A stretch of DNA of 64,000 bases from Bugula neritina (lineage: Eukaryota; Animalia; Bryozoa), in contig OZ037772.1 in the NCBI GenBank assembly GCA_964035545.1, forward strand, positions 806,001 to 870,000. The letters run 5' to 3'. Positions 1 through 14,700 of the stretch are shown in pieces. The number at the start of each line of letters is the position of its first letter. Position 1 is the first letter of the stretch. A program made the position numbers and the translations under genes. A model generated the notes under the pieces. That model made no database searches and was not told the DNA's origin. It was given only the letters and a program-made list of their open reading frames with translations.

Positions 1-1828
1 GTGTGTCGAAGTCGGGGGAGATGACGATGACATCATCGAGATATATGAGCAAGGTCTTCCAGTGCAGCCCACTCAGGACCTGCTCCATGAGTCGCTGGAA
101 GGTGGCTGGTGCGGACGTAAGTCCGAAGGGCAACACCTTCCATTTCCAGAGCCCATCCCGCGTTATGAACGCGGCCTTGTCCTGTGCTTCAGGACTCAGG
201 GGCACCTGCCAATACCCGCTTAGCAAGTCCAACGTGCTGAAGAACTTGCTACCAGCTAAGGCATCGAGCGACTCATCGATCCTCGGGAGAGGGTAAGCGT
301 CCTGGATGGTCACGCTGTTCAGCCTGCGATAATCAACGCAAAACCTCCAGCTACCATCCTTTTTCCGAACCAGGACGACTGGAGAACTCCAGGCCCCATG
401 GCCTGGCTCAATCAGGTCCCGGTTCAGAAGGTCTTGCACCTGACGGCTCACTTCTCTCTCCTTCTCAGGACCTAACCGGCGGGTCGGCTGCCGAATCGGC
501 ACCGTCCCCGCCGCCAGGGGTATCTCATGACGAACCGTCTCAGTCAGACCCATGTCATGGTCGCCGCAACTGAACACGTCCTTGTACTCAGAGAGTAGCC
601 GCGCCATCACCAGGCGTTCTCGCTTGCTCTCGCAGCCATCACAGGCATCCTCGTACAACTCTGTTACGTGTTCAGGCACCGGCCCCCTGCCGTCTCTAGT
701 GGGTACTCCCCGGGCACCGCCCGCTGTTTCCAGCGCGGGCCCTACATCCTCCTCTTGCACGGAGTGGAACTTCCCTACTAGAGACCCAGCCGGTAATTCT
801 ACCGGCTCCGTGAAAGGGTTTACGCACTGGACCAGGAACTCCCTCCGCTCATCCAGTCTATTCAGACTGTTAGCGAGCTGGACGCCCCCCAGTGCACCTT
901 CCACCACTCCGAGCTCGGAGATCTCCCTACAGTTCACTCTGCAGCGAACTGTAGCCCGGGAGCGCCCAGGTACAGTACAGCGCTGTACCACCTGCACTCC
1001 CCCCACCAAGGGTCGGCCAAATCGGTCGACACAGGCCAGCTCACGCCCCGCCATCACTACTGCCGACTTGCTAAAGTCGATGTAGCACCTGTGTCTCTTC
1101 AGAAATGGCATGCCCAAGATGGCATCCTCCTTGAGTTGACTGACGATGAAGGTCTCACTGATCATCTGATCACGGACTCTACCAGTCAACTGGATTACCC
1201 CATAGAAAGGAATACACGACCCGTCCGCCAACGTGCCGTGTTCCCCCTCATATGGTTCTAGGCTAGCCCTGTCCTTGGCACTGAGAGTGTCGAAGAGACG
1301 TCGACTCAGTAGATTTGTGGTACACCCAGTATCCAACAGGAATGTGGCAGCTTTACCAGCAATTTTGCCGGGGAGGAAATAGCTGCTTCCATATGGCTGG
1401 GCGCTCACTGAGCGATTTGTCTCTTGAGGCGACACCTCATGTGCATGGAATTGGGGATGCACCTGTGCTTTGCGGTTGCGAGGGGGTCGTCGACGTTGCA
1501 TGGGCGGGCAGGGTACGTCTCGGTCTCGCTCACGCACGGGCGGCCGAGTGAATTCTCGGACTGATGCTCGTGCGGGCAACCGAGGAAAATCCCTGTTGTG
1601 CTCCCATTCGTCGTTCACTCCCTCATCAAGCAAACCTTCAAAGCGGTTTTTGAGTGCCCAAGCCGGAGGTATTGGTGGGCCTTGCGGCCGACTCACTCTC
1701 CTTGGGACTTGCCACTCTGGCGAAGGCGGCCTCCTCACCCGATGGGGTGGGGGCCGTAGCCTTTGCCTTGGGGGGTTAAACTCGGGCCCACGGTAGGCGG
1801 AAGTTACCGTGGGCCGTCGCTGTTTAAC
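1..1828 (-). CDS. pol: pol polyprotein (aspartic protease + reverse transcriptase), partial, -1 frame relative to gag
   Basis: FLLDTGCTTN near 1331; VLPFGLTSAPATFQRLM and LIYLDDVIV near 32-43, all in one frame. Frame checked open by hand from 1828 to 1331. Absent from the ORF track, consistent with no stop before the window edge. Confidence 0.92.
1785..1828 (-). promoter_or_regulatory. -1 programmed ribosomal frameshift signal (G TTA AAC + stem-loop)
   Basis: Heptamer GTTAAAC (1822-1828) in gag phase, 6-nt spacer, then a perfect 11-bp stem GGCCCACGGTA/TACCGTGGGCC with a 9-nt loop. pol lies in the -1 frame. Confidence 0.8.
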
Positions 1829-2673
1829 CGCCTCCCACTGCCGCGGGGGCAACTTCGTAGGAAGTGCCCACCACTACCACAGCCCCAGCATACAGGGCCG
1901 CGCCTGTCGGCGACAGCTACCGACGACCTCTTGGGTCTCTCGGCTGTCGCCTGCTGGCGCAGTTGCCTGAACTCGGCGAGCAGTTCTCGAATCAAGCTCG
2001 TGGTTAAGCTAGATTGGTCTGCTGCTGCCGCTGCGACCTGTACAGCTGTCTTCGTTGACGACGTCGACACGTCGTCTGCCCCGACTTGCTGTACTGTCGC
2101 GCCAGGTCGACTTGCACTGTCGGCTTGGAAATAGGCATTCCCAAGCCTTAGAGCTCTCTCCATAGTCTCAACTTCGGCCACCAGCAGATGCTGTTTAAGA
2201 CCGAGGTTGTTAATAGACTGGAGGAATGCATCCAGTGCTAGGCTCTGTCGACCATCGGCAGGCAAGTCGCTGTAAGCAACTTGTGCCAGTCGTTCGACTA
2301 CGGTAGCGTGCTCTCGCAGATTGGTCCTAGGATTTCTCCTAAGACTCTGCAGTTGCACGCGAGCATCTCGAGCGGTTAATCCAAACCTAGCTCGTATTGC
2401 TTCAAATATGTCACCGACATTCTGGCTTATCCCATAGGGTTTAGCCGGCCCTGTCAGACACAACCGCAGCTGGATCAGAGTAACCCTGTTCGGCCATCCG
2501 CAGATGTCCGCCACATCACTGAACTCAGTGATGAATTGCTCCACATCTTCTTCTCCAGAGAAGGTGGGAGCCCGCAAGTGGTACCTGTCCATAGGCAGCG
2601 CTGGGCCGCCTATGTGATCCTCCTCCATTGCTGCTGGCTCCTGTCGGGGCGCGTCGACGACTTCGTCGGCCAT
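1804..2673 (-). CDS. gag: Gypsy gag protein, 289 aa
   Basis: ORF just downstream of the PBS; capsid-like APTFSGEEDVEQF...W motif; C-terminal zinc knuckle CWGCGSGGHFLRSC. Confidence 0.93.
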   Translation of the reverse strand: MADEVVDAPRQEPAAMEEDHIGGPALPMDRYHLRAPTFSGEEDVEQFITEFSDVADICGWPNRVTLIQLRLCLTGPAKPYGISQNVGDIFEAIRARFGLTARDARVQLQSLRRNPRTNLREHATVVERLAQVAYSDLPADGRQSLALDAFLQSINNLGLKQHLLVAEVETMERALRLGNAYFQADSASRPGATVQQVGADDVSTSSTKTAVQVAAAAADQSSLTTSLIRELLAEFRQLRQQATAERPKRSSVAVADRRGPVCWGCGSGGHFLRSCPRGSGRRLNSDGPR

Positions 2674-2709
2674 CTTACTCCCTGACTAGGGGCATTTGTA
2701 TTAAGTGAG

Positions 2710-2727
2710 ATCCCACCGCTGCCACCA
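2710..2727 (-). promoter_or_regulatory. Primer binding site, tRNA-Leu type
   Basis: TGGTGGCAGCGGTGGGAT one base after the LTR end; complementary to the tRNA-Leu 3' end ATCCCACCGCTGCCACCA. Confidence 0.9.
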
Positions 2728-2728
2728 G

Positions 2729-3043
2729 TGTAGTGAATTTTGCCAGTTCACTATTATTATTTGTGGGTCTACTTAATCAAAGCCACTGCGACAGGTTGTT
2801 TACGATAAGATATTTTATTAGTTATACAAATACAAGAAGGTTATTTACTGCTAGCATGAATAGAAAATGATTACATAATTAAAGAGCTTTAATACACAAC
2901 TGTTCTAAATGAAGTCCCAAGCTGCTCTGCCGGCTAGCTACTCAGCGCACTGCAACTACGAGTAGCTAGCTCCACCTGCTATCAATTAATGTCATTGTCC
3001 TGATTGGTGGCTACTAGTGGTGCCACTACTGCCCATAGCTACA
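2729..3043 (-). repeat. 5' LTR (~315 bp)
   Basis: TGTAG...CTACA inverted termini; CCAAT and AATAAA on the minus strand; adjacent PBS. Partner LTR is outside the window. Confidence 0.75.
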
Positions 3044-5758
3044 CTCCGACAGTGTCGAACTCACAAGATACATAAAACAATATAGAGTAAACCTTTTCGA
3101 TTAATACCATAATACTTGTACTACTAAAATCTATCACAATACACAGTATAGGCCTACTGTAATATACTAATAGTACAACTATACAAATACTATAAAATTA
3201 AGTATAATTGTTAAATTATTGCTTGCAAGCAATATAAAATAAAAATATGTGAATTTGCTGAAGGAGGCAGTAGTACTAGTACTCACTTACCCTTGAAGTT
3301 AAACTCCTAAAGTTAATCAAAGTACACACCTTCATCCTAGGTTCGAGAGGTAAGAGATGTTCTTCACTCAATTTTATCATGATAATCCCATCGCCAGTTG
3401 GCACGTTCACTTTGCAGATTGTAATTTAATATTGAATATTTTATTTACTGAGCTAGCTTTTACTAGTAACATATCAATCTGGGCGAGATCAGTAACGCTT
3501 ATAGCTACGTATTATATTACACAGAGCGGTTTATTTGAAGGCAGCGCACTGCAGCTGTGGTATGACTAGGGTAGCCTATCCAGGAGTGGATGTAAATTAT
3601 AAACGTTCTACGTGCTTTTTGAAAGCATTATAGTGATAGTATGCGATTTAGTCATTGATATAAAATTAAAGTTATTGTTTTAAAAATAATGATTTACTTA
3701 AAAAAAGTTATTTATTTATTTTATTATTGCTTTTTTAAAAAAAAAAATAATTGGTAAAGTTTTGAACACCCCTAATAATACCACAACTATATTCCACTCC
3801 TTTAGTTGTAACCTAATTAGATTAGAAGTCACATCTTCAATACAAACAAGCTAGGCTTAGTATTTCTGATGTCTGTATACTGCTGCATTAGCTTTAAAGT
3901 TTAAACTGTAGTGAAGCTTTTACTGAATTAGTAGACTGAAAGTGCAAAATCTAGTAAGCTACCAACACTATAAATTGGTATAAGCGAGTAAAGGAAATGA
4001 ACAGTATATGTGTACAGAAACTTGTACTCAAATACAATAACACTATAGTTATGGTTATTTGAGATGCAGTTGTATTAAAAAAAAATTGTGAATTGAATAT
4101 TCATTACAGACATTACATCATGCTGAATCGGGTTGCATATTTGACTATTTAAAACTGTTTTTATAAAATAACTTAACTATGTTACTTATCAGTGACAAGT
4201 AATATAGCATTTAAATTCAAACCATGAGCTCATTTCAGCTGAAAATAGCAGCACCTTGTCACTGCACATGAATGGCTGGCCACTGTTTGAGCCATTAGCA
4301 AAATGGCTTACAGCTGTTGCAAGCCTGCTACATGCAAGAATTATGTATCAATCAGAAACTTCTTATTCAATTGCAAGCATACCAGAATTGTATTACCATG
4401 ATATAAAAAGTTGCCTACATATTATATAGGTGCAATAGTAGAAAAGCTTTAACAGCCTAAATTTGTCAAAAGATGCTATTTTGAGAACAGGTTGAAATTC
4501 TCTCTAAACTTTTTTTGCTGCATCTCAACATAGGGTCTAATTTCTCAATATCCTCATCACTACACATACCTCATACTTGGTATACTCATGCACCTGGTAA
4601 TAAGATTACTTTTAAAATAAAGTTATGCAATTACTACTCAATTGATTAAAAATTCCCTCCAACAATTTTTGTAGTTTCTGAATTTTTTTAATATTTTGCA
4701 TTAACAATACAATAAGCTTGGTTACAAATAATATATTATTAATTTAATTTAGATTGCTGTACAGAACCACAAAATAATGTGCTTTGAAATCACACACAAA
4801 AGCTATAAAACTCAGTGACTATTATACCTCTCATTAGCATTATAAGGCGCTTGCATGGGCTCTCATGCAAGCTGTATAATTACTAAACTGTTTTGGACTA
4901 AAAATATATAGGATATAACCTGTAGAGTATACATTTGAACGCCACTAGCTTGGAAGCTCTGCTTCCTAGTTAGACTTCAGAAATTGCTTCATTTTAGTAC
5001 AACTAATTAATCTAGATTCAAAGTAGACTACACATTGTATAGGGTATCAGCTGCAGGCAGTACAGCAATATTGCCATCACCAAGATTCTAACTACTATGG
5101 TCACCTTTCACCGCCATGGTCCTGCGCGGGTGGCGGGAAGATTCTAACTACTATAGCTACTATAATATAATAACCAGTCTCACACCGCCTAACTATTTTA
5201 CTGCAGAGATGAACTTTAACCCTTTGGTTTAGCGCGCACAACATGAATCATAGGCCGCGTGAGCTCCCTGTAATCATTATGATGGCTATGATGCAGCGCA
5301 GCTCTACCGTGTTCAACCAAGCATGCAGACTAAGTGAGAAGCAAAATTTCTAATAAAACCAGTGTATAAATTACATGTCTTCACTTATTCTATTGAAGCT
5401 ATGCAGAAAATTTGAAAAGGTTCCGATAGACAAATATCTTATCACTCCATAGGTCAGTTCTCACAAAGATATATCAATTAGGGATTGAATTATTTTTTGG
5501 GCACTGAGACCATGTTTTTTTGAGCAAAAACGGGCAAAATTTGGTAGTTTTTGGGGCATAAAAGTGCAACAGATGACATAAATGAGAGTTTTAAAAAAGG
5601 TTCCAACAGAGCAGCAAAAGATATACGACATAGTTTTTGAATTTTGTTTCTAGACTCAAAATTGATTGAGTTATGAGTTGGGCACTGTTTCATATATAAT
5701 TATAATAGAGCAATGAAATTACTGATTCAGTAGAAGGATGACCTTAATCAAGCTGTGA

Positions 5759-8700
5759 ACATACTGAAATACACTGTAACATACTGAAATATACTGCAAC
5801 TTACTGAAATACACTGTAACATACTGAAATACACTGCAACATCCTACAACATACTGAAATACACTGTAACATACCAAAATATACTGCAACGTACTGCAAC
5901 ATACTGAAATACACTGTAACATACTGAAATATAGTGCAACATACTGAAATACACTGCTACATACTGAAATATACTGAAACATACTGCAACATACTGAAAT
6001 ACACTGTAACATACTGAAATACACTGCAAAATACTACAACATATTGAAATACACTGAAACACCGTGAAATATACTGCAACTTACCTAAATATACAATAAT
6101 ATACTGAAATTTACTGTAACACATTGGAAAAAACTACAACATACTGAAATACACTGCAACGCACTGGAATACACCGCAAAATACTACAACATACTGAAAT
6201 ACACTGTAACATATTGAAATACAATGCAACACATTGAAACATAATGCTATGTACCGAAATATATGGTAAACTACTTAAATATACTGTAACACATTGAAAA
6301 ACACTGCAACATATTGAAATATACTGCGACACATTGCAATATAGTGTGACATACTGAAATATGCTGTAGCACACTGAAATACACTGCAACTCACTGAAAT
6401 AAACTGCAACATACTTAACTACACTGTGACATACTGAAATATACTACAACATACTGAAATACACTGCTTCATACTGAAATATACTGCAACATACTGTAAC
6501 ACACTGAAATATACTGCAACATACTGAAATACACTGTAACATACTGAAATATACTGCAACATACTGAAATACACTGCAACATACTACAACATATTGAGAT
6601 ACGCTGCAACACATTGAAATACACTGCAAAATACAGTAGCACACTGAAATACACTGCAAAATACTGTAACACACTGAAATATATTGCAACATACTGCAAC
6701 ATCCTGAAATACACTGTAACATACTGAAATATACTGCTACATACTGAAATATACTGCAACATACTGCAGCATACTGAAATACACTGTAACATACTGAACT
6801 ACACTGCAACATACTACAACAAATTGAAATACACTGCAACACATTGAAATATACTGCAACATACTTAAATATACGGTAATATACTGAAAAAAACTGTAAC
6901 ACTTTGAAAAATACTGCAACATACTGAAATACACTGCAAAATAATACAACATACTGAAATACACTGTAACATATTGAAATACACTGCAACACATTTAAAT
7001 GTACTGCGACATACCAAAATATATTGTAAACTGCGAAAATATACTGTGACACATTGAAAAATACTGCAACATACTGAAATATACTGCGACACATTGAAAT
7101 ATACTGCAACATACCAAAATATATGGTAAACTGCGAAAATATACTATGACACATTGAAAAATACTGCAACATACTGAAATATACTGCGACACATTGCAAT
7201 ATACTGTAACATACCGAAATATGCTGTAGCACACTGAAATACACTGCAACATACTGAAATACACTGCAACACACTGAAATACACTGCAAAATTATACAAC
7301 ATACTGAAATACACTGTAACATATTGAAATACACTGCAACACATTGAAATATACTGCAACATACCAAAATATATGGTAAACTGCAAAATAATACAACATA
7401 CTGAAATACACTGTCACATAATGAAATACACTGCAACACATTGAAATATACTGCAACATACCAAAATATATGGTAAACTGCGAAAATATACTGTGACACA
7501 TTGAAAAATACTGCAACATACTGAAATATACTGCGACACATTGCAATATACTGTAACATACCGAAATATGCTGTAGCACACTGAAATACACTGCAACTCA
7601 CTGAAATATACTGCAACATACTAAAATACACTGCAACATACTTAACTACACTGTGACATACTGAAATATACTACAACATACTGAAATACACTGCTTCATA
7701 CTGAAATATACTGCAACATACTGTAACACACTGAAATATACTGCAACATACTGAAATACACTGTAACATACTGAAATATACTGCAACATACTGAAATACA
7801 CTGCAACATACTACAACATATTGAGATACGCTGCAACACATTGAAATACACTGCAAAATACAGTAGCACACTGAAATACACTGCAAAATACTGTAACACA
7901 CTGAAATATATTGCAACATACTGCAACATCCTGAAATACACTGTAACATACTGAAATATACTGCTACATACTGAAATATACTGCAACATACTGCAACATA
8001 CTGAAATACACTGTAACATACTGAACTACACTGCAACATACTACAACAAATTGAAATACACTGCAACACATTGAAATATACTGCAACATACCTAAATATA
8101 CGGTAATATACTGAAAAAAACTGTAACACTTTGAAAAATACTGCAACATACTGAAATACACTGCAAAATAATACAACATACTGAAATACACTGTAACATA
8201 TTGAAATACACTGCAACACATTTAAATGTACTGCGACATACCAAAATATATTGTAAACTGCGAAAATATACTGTGACACATTGAAAAATACTGCAACATA
8301 CTGAAATATACTGCGACACATTGAAATATACTGCAACATACCAAAATATATGGTAAACTGCGAAAATATACTATGACACATTGAAAAATACTGCAACATA
8401 CTGAAATATACTGCGACAGATTGCAATATACTGTAACATACCGAAATATGCTGTAGCACACTGAAATACACTGCAACATACTGAAATACACTGCAACACA
8501 CTGAAATACACTGCAAAATAATACAACATACTGAAATACACTGTAACATATTGAAATACACTGCAACACATAGAAATATACTGCAACATACCAAAATATA
8601 TGGTAAACTGCAAAATAATACAACATACTGAAATACACTGTCACATAATGAAATACACTGCAACACATTGAAATATACTGCAACATACCAAAATATATGG

Positions 8701-11700
8701 TAAACTGCAAAATAATACAACATACTGAAACACACTGTAACATATTGAAATACACTGCAACACATTGAATAATACTGCAACATACCAAAATATATGGTAA
8801 ACTGCGAAAATATACTGTGACACATTGAAAAATACTGCAACATACTGAAATATACTGCGACACATTGCAATATACTGTAACATACCGAAATATGCTGTAG
8901 CACACTGAAATACACTGCAACTCACTGAAATATACTGCAACATACTAAAATACACTGCAACATACTACAACATAGTGAGATACGCTGCAACACATTGAAA
9001 TACACTGCAAAATACTGTAACACACTGAAATACACTGCAAAATACTGTAACACACTGAAATATACTGCAACATACTGCAACATCCTGAAATACACTGTAA
9101 CATACTGAAATACACTGCTACATACTGAAATATACTGCAACATACTGCAACATACTGAAGTACACTGTAACATACTGAACTACACTGCAACATACTACAA
9201 CAAATTGAAATACACTGCAACACACTGCAATACACTGCAAAACAAAACAACATACTGAAATACACTGTAACATATTGAAATACACTGCAACACATTGAAA
9301 TATACTGTAACTCACTGAAATATACTGTAACTCACTGAAATATAGTGTAATATACGGAAATATACTGTAACATACTCGAATATACTGTAACACACTGAAA
9401 TATACTGCAACATACTGAAATACACTGCAACATACTGAAATATACTGCAACATACTGAAGTACACTGTAACATACTGAAATATACTGCAACATACTGCAA
9501 CATACTGAAATACACTGTAACATACTGAAATACACTGTAACATACTGAAATATACTGCAACATACTGCAACATACTGAAATACGCTGTAACATACTGAAA
9601 TACACTGCAACATACTACAACGTATTGAGATACACTGCAATACATTGAAATACACTGCAAAATACTGTAACACACTGAAATATACTGCAACATACTGAAA
9701 TACACTGTAACATACTGAAATATACTGCAACACACTGCAACTTACTGAAATACACTGTAACTTACTGGAATACACCGCAAAATACTACAACATACTGAAA
9801 TACACTGCAACACACTGGAATACACCGCAAAATACTACAACATACTGAAATTCACTGTAACATATTGAAGTACACTGCAACACATTGAAACATATTGCTA
9901 TGTACCGAAATATATGGTAAACTACTTAAATATACTGTAACACATTGAAAAACACTGCAACATATTGAAATATACTGCGACACATTGCAATATACTGGGA
10001 CATACTGAAATATGCTGTAGCACACTGAAATACACTGCAACTCACTGAAATAAACTGCAACATACTTGACTACACTGTGACATACTGAAATATACTACAA
10101 CATACTGAAATACACTGCTTCATACTGAAATATACTGCAACATACTGCAACATACTGAAATACACTGTAACATACTGAAATACACTGCAACATACTACAA
10201 CATATTGAGATACACCGCAACACATTGAAATACACTGCAAAATACTGTAACACACTGAAATATACTGCAACATACTGAAATACACTGTAACATACTGAAA
10301 TATACTGCAACATACTGAAATACACTGCAACATACTACAACATATTGAGATACGCCGCAACACATTGAAATACACTGCAAAATACAGTAACACACTGAAA
10401 TATATTGCAACATACTGCAACATCCTGAAATACACTGTAACATACTGAAATATACTGCTACATACTGAAATATACTGCAACATACTGCAACATACTGAAA
10501 TACACTGTAACATACTGAACTACACTGCAACATACTACAACAAATTGAAATACACTGCAACACATTCAAATATACTGCAACATACTTAAATATACGGTAA
10601 TATATTGAAAAAAACTGTAACACCTTGAAAAATACTGCAACATAGTGCAATACACTGCAACACACTAAAATACACTGCAAAATAATACAACATACTGAAA
10701 TACACTGTAACATATTGAAATACACTGCAACACATTGAAATATACTGCAACATACCAAAATATATTGTAAACTGCGAAAATATACTGTGACACATTGAAA
10801 AATACTGCAACATACTGAAATATACTGCGACACATTGAAATATACTGTGACATACTGAAATATGCTGTAGCACACTGAAATATACTGCAACATACTGAAA
10901 TACACTGCAACATACTACAACATAATGAGATACGCTGCAACACATTGAAATACACTGCAAAATACAGTAGCACACTGAAATACACTGCAAAATACTGTAA
11001 CACACTGAAATATATTGCAACATACTGCAACATCCTGAAATACACTGTAACATACTGAAATATACTGCTACATACTGAAATATACTGCAACATACTGCAA
11101 CATACTGAAATACACTGTAACATACTGAACTACACTGCAACATACTACAACAAATTGAAATACACTGCAACACATTGAAATATACTGCAACATACTTAAA
11201 TATACGGTAATATACTGAAAAAAACTGTAACACTTTGAAAAATACTGCAACATACTGAAATACACTGCAAAATAATACAACATACTGAAATACACTGTAA
11301 CATATTGAAATACACTGCAACACATTTAAATGTACTGCGACATACCAAAATATATTGTAAACTGCGAAAATATACTGTGACACATTGAAAAATACTGCAA
11401 CATACTGAAATATACTGCGACACATTGAAATATACTGCAACATACCAAAATATATGGTAAACTGCGAAAATATACTATGACACATTGAAAAATACTGCAA
11501 CATACTGAAATATACTGCGACACATTGCAATATACTGTAACATACCGAAATATGCTGTAGCACACTGAAATACACTGCAACATACTGAAATACACTGCAA
11601 CACACTGAAATACACTGCAAAATAATACAACATACTGAAATACACTGTAACATATTGAAATACACTGCAACACATTGAAATATACTGCAACATACCAAAA

Positions 11701-14700
11701 TATATGGTAAACTGCAAAATAATACAACATACTGAAATACACTGTCACATAATGAAATACACTGCAACACATTGAAATATACTGCAACATACCAAAATAT
11801 ATGGTAAACTGCAAAATAATACAACATACTGAAACACACTGTAACATATTGAAATACACTGCAACACATTGAATAATACTGCAACATACCAAAATATATG
11901 GTAAACTGCGAAAATATACTGTGACACATTGAAAAATACTGCAACATACTGAAATATACTGCGACACATTGCAATATACTGTAACATACCGAAATATGCT
12001 GTAGCACACTGAAATACACTGCAACTCACTGAAATATACTGCAACATACTAAAATACACTGCAACATACTACAACATAGTGAGATACGCTGCAACACATT
12101 GAAATACACTGCAAAATACTGTAACACACTGAAATACACTGCAAAATACTGTAACACACTGAAATATACTGCAACATACTGCAACATCCTGAAATACACT
12201 GTAACATACTGAAATACACTGCTACATACTGAAATATACTGCAACATACTGCAACATACTGAAGTACACTGTAACATACTGAACTACACTGCAACATACT
12301 ACAACAAATTGAAATACACTGCAACACACTGCAATACACTGCAAAACAAAACAACATACTGAAATACACTGTAACATATTGAAATACACTGCAACACATT
12401 GAAATATACTGTAACTCACTGAAATATACTGTAACTCACTGAAATATAGTGTAATATACGGAAATATACTGTAACATACTCGAATATACTGTAACACACT
12501 GAAATATACTGCAACATACTGAAATACACTGCAACATACTGAAATATACTGCAACATACTGAAGTACACTGTAACATACTGAAATATACTGCAACATACT
12601 GCAACATACTGAAATACACTGTAACATACTGAAATATACTGCAACATACTGCAACATACTGAAATACGCTGTAACATACTGAAATACACTGCAACATACT
12701 ACAACGTATTGAGATACACTGCAATACATTGAAATACACTGCAAAATACTGTAACACACTGAAATATACTGCAACATACTGAAATACACTGTAACATACT
12801 GAAATATACTGCAACACACTGCAACTTACTGAAATACACTGTAACTTACTGGAATACACCGCAAAATACTACAACATACTGAAATACACTGCAACACACT
12901 GGAATACACCGCAAAATACTACAACATACTGAAATACACTGTAACATATTGAAGTACACTGCAACACATTGAAACATATTGCTATGTACCGAAATATATG
13001 GTAAACTACTTAAATATACTGTAACACATTGAAAAACACTGCAACATATTGAAATATACTGCGACACATTGCAATATACTGTGACATACTGAAATATGCT
13101 GTAGCACACTGAAATACACTGCAACTCACTGAAATAAACTGCAACATACTTAACTACACTGTGACATACTGAAATATACTACAACATACTGAAATACACT
13201 GCTTCATACTGAAATATACTGCAACATACTGCAACATACTGAAATACACTGTAACATACTGAAATACACTGCAACATACTACAACATATTGAGATACACC
13301 GCAACACATTGAAATACACTGCAAAATACTGTAACACACTGAAATATACTGCAACATACTGAAATACACTGTAACATACTGAAATATACTGCAACATACT
13401 GAAATACACTGCAACATACTACAACATATTGAGATACGCCGCAACAGATTGAAATACACTGCAAAATACAGTAACACACTGAAATATATTGCAACATACT
13501 GCAACATCCTGAAATACACTGTAACATACTGAAATATGCTGCTACATACTGAAATATACTGCAACATACTGCAACATACTGAAATACACTGTAACATACT
13601 GAACTACACTGCAACATACTACAACAAATTGAAATACACTGCAACACATTCAAATATACTGCAACATACTTAAATATACGGTAATATATTGAAAAAAACT
13701 GTAACACCTTGAAAAATACTGCAACATAGTGCAATACACTGCAACACACTGAAATACACTGCAAAATAATACAACATACTGAAATACACTGTAACATATT
13801 GAAATACACTGCAACACATTGAAATATACTGCAACATACCAAAATATATTGTAAACTGCGAAAATATACTGTGACACATTGAAAAATACTGCAACATACT
13901 GAAATATACTGCGACACATTGAAATATACTGCAACATACCAAAATATATGGTAAACTGCGAAAACATACTGTGACACATTGAAAAATACTGCAACATACT
14001 GAAATATACTGCGACACATTGCAATATACTGTAACATACCGAAATATGCTGTAGCACACTGAAATACACTGCAACATACTGAAATACACTGCAACACACT
14101 GAAATACACTGCAAAATAATACAACATACTGAAATACACTGTAACATATTGAAATATACTGCAACACATTGAAATGCACTGCAAAATACTGTAACACACT
14201 GAAATACACTGCGAAATAAGGTAACACACTGAAATATACTGCAACATACTGCAACATCCTGAAATACACTGTAACATACCTAAATAAACGTTATTATACT
14301 GAAAAAAACTGTAACACATTGAAAAATACTGCAACATCCTGAAATACACTGCAACACACTGTAATACACTGCAAAACAATACAACATACTGAATTACACT
14401 GTAACATATTGAAATACACTGCAACACATTTAAATATACTGTAACTCACTGAAATATACTGTAACTCACTGAAATATAGTGTAATATGCGGAAATATACT
14501 GTAACATACTCGAATATTCTGTAACACACTGGAATATACTGCAACATACTGAAATACACTGCAACATACTGAAATATACTGCAACATACTGAAATACACT
14601 GTAACCTACTAAAATATACTGCAACATACTGCAACATACTGAAATACACTGCAACACGTTGAATTACACTGCAACATACTGAAATCTGCTGTAACATATC

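Larger units (their letters stand above)
1..3043 (-). mobile_element. Ty3/Gypsy LTR retrotransposon, 5' part (LTR-PBS-gag-pol), runs off window start
   Basis: On the minus strand, in order: LTR TGTAG...CTACA, PBS, gag with CCHC knuckle, protease LLDTG and RT YLDD. Protease before RT with no integrase between them is the Gypsy order. Confidence 0.95.

Noticed and set aside
3-2134. Plus-strand ORFs over the left retrotransposon
   Set aside because: Antisense shadows of GC-rich gag/pol.
3285-3380. Possible minus-strand exon MIKLSEEHLLPLEPR... with GTAAGT donor, and a 24-nt micro-exon at 4570-4593
   Set aside because: Splice signals are plausible but could not be joined in frame to the other exons or recognised.
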